Source: Eledone cirrhosa
Lineage: Eukaryota
Direction: 5' to 3'
DNA length: 64,000 nucleotides
NCBI GenBank assembly: GCA_964016885.1
Contig: OZ024757.1
Span: forward strand, 17,112,001-17,176,000
Shown here piece by piece: positions 58,472 through 64,000 of this stretch (within the stretch, counting starts at the first letter, position 1; every line of letters begins with the position of its first letter). The notes under the pieces are model-generated. The model saw nothing but the letters and a program-made list of their open reading frames with translations, made no database searches and had not been told where the DNA came from. A program made the position numbers and the translations under genes.

Positions 58472-58972
58472 TCTGAAGACAGCATATATATATTATATAT
58501 ATGTGTAGATATGTATATTCCCTCTGATAGTTTGTAACATTTTTACATAGATCTATGATATACATACCAACACATATAATATCCTAGAAACGATCGTAAA
58601 ATGATGAATTTTTTAATATAAGGAACTGTTTCTTTGTTTTTATTCATTGTTTTTATTAATTTATCTTGACTCTGTTTTCCTGTGATTTTCATAGAAAAAA
58701 TTTTTGAATACATTTTCTCTTTTCATGATATTTGGATTACATTGAGTTCTTCATACGGATTGGACACTACCGTATATTTTGGTAGATTTATCTACACATA
58801 TATATATATATACTGGATATCTTTAAAATATTCTACACACTTCAACAGCACTCTAATCAAAGTGTGTATGCATTATTTTGGGACACCTCGATATATATAT
58901 ATATATATATATAGTCGCATATATGTTATAGAATGCCGTTAGCTTCTTGCTAAAACAATCTCTATACCTCTC

Positions 58973-59013
<41 letters not shown>

Positions 59014-59199
59014 GTATATCGTTTTTCACAAAAACAACATAAAAAGTTAAAACCATAGGTGGTGAGGTTATATCAGTCTGGAATTAGCTGTTGAAACGGC
59101 ATGAGCTCAGCAGTCGGTGTCCGGACTCTTTATTATATATATATATATATGTATGTATACTTATGCTCACCTTCATCACAAAACCGTAACGGAAGCTCT

Positions 59200-59240
<41 letters not shown>

Positions 59241-59308
59241 ACTTTTCATATGTTGATTTAAAACTTCACTATTCACAAGTGTTTTTTAACCTTCATATCA
59301 TGTATCCC

Positions 59309-59379
59309 TATTTTATCTGACGAAAACGCAAATGACATCTCATGATGATATTTGTTTTTGAAATGCGCATAATAAAATA
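59309..59379 (+). ncRNA. Type I hammerhead ribozyme motif (family C)
   Basis: tattttat CTGACGA long stem II GAAA tgcgca TA ataaaata. Confidence 0.85.
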
Positions 59380-59407
59380 CATGGAACTCTTTTAACCATC
59401 TTTTGAT

Positions 59408-59499
<92 letters not shown>

Positions 59500-59920
59500 T
59501 ATATATATATACACACAGACAACATAGACACGGAGAAATTATCACACGCCATAAAAAAAACACACGATGTAGAAGTTTCGAAAGTCAATATTGGCGCCTA
59601 CCAACAATATTAGCGCAATAAATCAACATTACAATGTATATATATATATATATTCCCATCATTTCCATATACATATATAAATATGTATATAAATGAATAT
59701 GTTTAAATATAGAATGTAATAAATACCTTACCTTCTTTACCATCATAAGAAGTGTTGTGTTAGTCACGTGATGTGTCGTCTGTTTCTTCTAGTTGATTTC
59801 TGTATTTCCCCCTTCCCTTACACTCAGCGTTCCTTCTCTCCCCTGCACTCTCTTTCGTTATGTTTATGTGTGTATGTATATACATACGTATTTATATATA
59901 TGTGTGTGTGTCTGTGTAAG

Positions 59921-59951
<31 letters not shown>

Positions 59952-60891
59952 AAGTGTACAACATACTTTGCAACACAGAGTTGTGGCCATTTACGTTCTG
60001 AGTTCAAATCCCGCCGATGTTTTAACTTTGCCTTTCATCCTTACGGGGTCGATAAAATAAAGTACCATTAATACACTGGTGGTTGATTTAATCGACTTTC
60101 CCTTCAAATTTCTGGCCTTGTGCCTATAGTAGAAACAATTATTACATATATATATAATAATAATTATTATTATTTCTACTTTTGGCACAAGGCCAGCAAT
60201 TACTTCAGTGCATTACTGGTACTTTATTTTATCGACCCCGGAAGGATGAAAGGCAAAGTTAACCTCGGCGGGATTTGAGCTCAGAATGCAAAGGGATATA
60301 ACTCTAGGCTGCAAAGCCTGGTGTCTAACGCTCTCCCGATACTGCCAATCCAATAATAAAAACAAATAGTAATAATGAAATTATTGTGTAAAGTGCTCAG
60401 GTGCACTACAACTAAGCATGGGCGATCAGCTCAAAGTTCAATCTTTATCGATCGGGCCCGACATTACAATCCCTAAACTACATATATATGTAATTATAAT
60501 TATACATACATACAGTCATAGGGGTGCTGTAGTGAAATATGGCTCTCTTGGGCATTTTAAGCCTGTCAGGGCCCATCTCCTCTCCAGGTCTGAAGACAGA
60601 GAAGGAGAGAGAGCGAGAAAGAGATATAGAGGAAGAACCCCCCCCCCCAGTACGTGCCTGGTACTTTTTTTAGTCGACCTCGAATGGATGAAAGGCAAAG
60701 GCAAAGTTAACTTCGACGGGATTTGAACTCAGAGAACAGAGAGTCGGAACGAATACTGCAAACCATTCTATTCAATGTTCTAACGACTCTCCAATTTTCA
60801 GCCTATGTACATGCATACATACACACAAATATATATGTACATATATCATCCTCATCATCGTTTAACGTCTATCTTCCACGCTAGCATAGGT

Positions 60892-60934
<43 letters not shown>

Positions 60935-61252
60935 GCAATCGTAAGGTTGTGAGTTCGATTCCTGGACCAGGCGATGCGTTATGTCCTTGAGCAAGACACT
61001 TTATTTCACGTTGCTCCTTCTACTTGGAGTTGCGACCGATAGATAGTATTAGCAATTGGAAAGACCAACGGAAACATTGTTCCCTTGGTCCGATTTGACG
61101 AAAGTCGATCGTTCCTATATATATATATAGTAATAATAAGAATATTTATATTTATATATATTTAATACAACTATAAATATGGACGGTAGTACTCACTACT
61201 AGCCGGTTACCGGCATGACTAGGATTTTAGTCACATGTTTCGACATTCCATA

Positions 61253-61299
61253 TGCTCTGATGATTCCAGACTTCCCTCTGGAAGAAACATTTGTCAGCA
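61253..61299 (+). ncRNA. Type I hammerhead ribozyme motif (family H)
   Basis: tgct CTGATGA ttccaga cttccc tctggaa GAAA catttg TC agca; GUC site; aataaa follows. Confidence 0.88.
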
Positions 61300-61419
61300 A
61301 ATAAATGTTCTAAACTATAATTTGATCGTTTTAACACTTTGACCTCCACTAGTTGACCTCCACTATTTCCTATTTCTAGCCATATTGGGTCAAATAGGGA
61401 CAATGTATTGGGTCAGATC

Positions 61420-62050
61420 ATCTTACCATCTGGTCTTTAGCCGCTCTCTGGTTCTTCTCCACTGCCTTGGTGTCCACCCTGTCACTATAATAGTCTCTGA
61501 GATGAGAGATGAGGCCAAGCCATCTGTGGTCACCCTCTGGTTCTTCTCCACTGCCTTGGTGTCCACCCTGTCACTCCAATAGTCCACCTGTTGTCTTTGA
61601 GACAAGAAATGTTACCAGGTCATCTATGGTCACCCTCTGGTTCCTCTAATAGCCCACCTGTTGTCTCTGAGATGAGAAACGTGACTAGGCCATCTTTGGC
61701 TGCCCTCTGGTTCTTCTCCATTGCCTTGGTGTCTACCCTGTCACTCTAATAGTCCACCTGTTGTCTCTGAAACAAGAGACATGGCCAGTCCATCTATGTT
61801 TGTCCTTCTTGATGGTTTCGATTATGCCCTTCACACCAGTTGCTGTCAAATCCAGGTATTGCCCTTCCTGTCATGAAAGGTGATGCTGAGCATGAATTGC
61901 TCCATTTCCCGTTGGGTCACAGCAAACGTCTCTGCAGTGGTGGTGTTGAATGCCTAGGTCTCACCTCCATAAGCCATTATCGGCAGAACATATTCATTAA
62001 ACAGCTTTCTTTTGGTTCCGATAGTTGACTTGGGCATTCTAATGATGTTA
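61420..62050 (-). mobile_element. RTE-type LINE C-terminal fragment with internal tandem duplications
   Basis: Minus-strand RKLFNEYVLPIMAYG, WTGHV...DNRWT and WTPRQWRR..RLKTRW; the last segment is repeated. Confidence 0.75.
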
Positions 62051-62571
62051 TAAACTTAACCAAAAATTCTTTTGACCTCTGAAATTAGGGGACCATCTTT
62101 TGCAATCTTCTTTCCATATTATGTGAGATAATTATGTGAAGGAAAGACTTTACCACGAAAATATAATAGTAAATATGGAGTAATGTAAATGCTAAAGAGT
62201 TAACATCAGTATGAGCGGCCAGTTACAGCCGGTTTGAACAGAAAGAGGTGAGAGAATTCTGGCCGGATATGGCCAGTTTAAATGCTAAATGGTTAAGGTA
62301 TTGTTCTTAAAATAAATAACATCAAAATCTCATAGATTCAATATTATGTGAGATAAAGCCTTTACTGTGAAAATACAATAGTAAATATAGAGTAATGTAA
62401 ATGCTAAAGGGTTAACATCAGTATGAGCGGCCGGTTACAGCTGGTTCCAACAGAAAGGGGTGAGAGAATTCTGGTCGGATATGGCCAGTTTAAATGCTAA
62501 AGGGTTAAGGTATTATTCTCAAAATAGATAACATCAAAATCTCATAGATCTGATATTATGTGAGACAATTA

Positions 62572-63144
62572 CCGCATTTCCTGGCGTCGAAGACGCTATG
62601 TCTTTTCCTAAAATAAGTCTAAAAAAATCTACTATGCATCCTGGAGGCTGAAGGTTGTTTATTATTTTTTTCTAGGGCGGTGGATTGGCAGTATCGGTAG
62701 AGGGTCGGACGCCATGCTTTCCAGCATAGTTACGCCCCTTTACGATCTGAGTTCAAATCCCGCCGAGGTTGACTTTGTCTTTCATCCTTACGGGGTCGAT
62801 AAAATAAAGTACCAGTAATGCACTGGGTAATTGCTGGCCTTGTGCCTAAAGTAGAAACAATTATTTTTTTCTAATTTATTGGCGGTGGATTGGCAGTATC
62901 GGTAGAGGGTCGGACGCCATGCTTTCCAGCATAGTTACGTCCCTTTATGATCTGAGTTCAAATCCCGCCGAGGTTGACTTTGCTTTTCATCCTTCCGGGG
63001 TCGATAAAATAAAGTACCAGTAATGCACTGGGTAATTGCTGGCCTTGTGCCTAAGGTAGAAACAATTATTTTTTTCAAATTTTTGGTTGTCAAAATCAGG
63101 GGGCGCCATCGAGAACGAAGCATCTTCGGCGCTGGGAAATACGG
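62572..63144. mobile_element. TA-target MITE carrying two tandem SINEs
   Basis: Same TIRs and internal sequence as 6935-7092; SINEs sit in its T-rich middle. Confidence 0.8.
62881..63070 (+). mobile_element. tRNA-derived SINE with a Meta-domain-like centre (representative of about 30 copies)
   Basis: A box tggcagtatcgg, B box gagttcaaatcc, central tttcatcctt(a/c)cggggtcgataaaataaagtaccag, (att) tail. Copies near 5180, 5366, 6170, 19000, 42160, 58115 and 62676 (plus) and 20210, 29970, 33425, 34830, 45520, 56654 and 60172 (minus). Confidence 0.9.
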
Positions 63145-63704
63145 TATGTAAAATAAAGCGTTTACCACAAAAATACAATAGTAAATAGAGAGTAATGTAA
63201 ATGTTAAAAAGGGTTAACCCTTTAGCATTTACATTATTCTATATATACTATTATATTTTAACGGTAAAGGCTTTATCTCTCATAATTATCTCATATAATA
63301 TCGAATCTATGAAATTTGATATTATTTATTTTGAGAACAATACCTTAACATCAGTATGAGCGACCGGTTACAGCCGGTTTGAACAGAAAGAGGTGAGAGA
63401 ATTCTGGCCGGATATAGCTGGTTTAAATGCTAAAGGGTTAACAAACGATTAATAACTTATCCTTATGATACTTCCCTTCCAATAGCAATAGTTAAAAAGT
63501 TCAAATAGTTAGGGGTGGACGAGAAGATTTTGGTTCAGTTGTTTGTGTAAAAATTTCAAGAATGTCAGCATCTCTGACAATCTAAGGAATGTCAACCTCT
63601 CAGATTAATTTCGTCAACTGTTGAGCAATATATTTCTTTATTGTAAGTGAAATGTCACATAAGAACTAAACAGAATATTAGAAATATGTCAAAGCAGACT
63701 GGAC

Positions 63705-63806
63705 TGTTGTTGTTGTTGTTGTTGTTGTTGCTGTTGTTGATGTTGTTGTTAGTGATGTTGTTGTTGTTGTTGTTAGTGATGTTATTGTTGGTGTTGTTGT
63801 TGTTGT

Positions 63807-63838
<32 letters not shown>

Positions 63839-64000
63839 TCGTTAGTGTTGTTGTTGTTAGTGGTGTTGTTGTTGTTAGTGATGTTGTTGCAGTTGTTCTT
63901 GCTGTTGTTGTTGTTGTTGTTGGTGGTGGTGTTGTTACTATTGTTGTTGTTGTTGTCACAGCTGTTGTTGTTGTTGTTGTTGTTGTTGTTAGTGATGTTA
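63705..64000. repeat. (GTT)n array
   Basis: Triplet run to the end of the window. Confidence 0.95.

Noticed and set aside
62881-62975. tRNA genes suggested by A and B boxes
   Set aside because: The boxes are heads of multi-copy SINEs with long non-tRNA bodies and no cloverleaf.

Overview
A 64-kb, AT-rich eukaryotic window, almost certainly intergenic or intronic. The SINE types and the extreme (TA)n/(CA)n/(GA)n load suggest an octopus genome (inference from recognised repeats, no search run). I recognise no host protein-coding exon; the long ORFs are translations of microsatellites. Recognisable content: about 30 copies of one tRNA-derived SINE, CORE-type SINEs, fragments of RTE, CR1, Tx1/L1 and CRE retrotransposons, and MITEs with TIRs and TSDs (hAT, TA-target, TTAA-target). 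The main signal is a dense set of type I hammerhead ribozyme motifs, about 14 with an intact core and readable stems. They occur in several unrelated short elements that abut (TA)n tracts, often as inverted pairs, and share a small 3' YACTC...GAGTRC element. They look like relics of Penelope-like elements (PLEs), and a decayed PLE-type RT fragment is also present.
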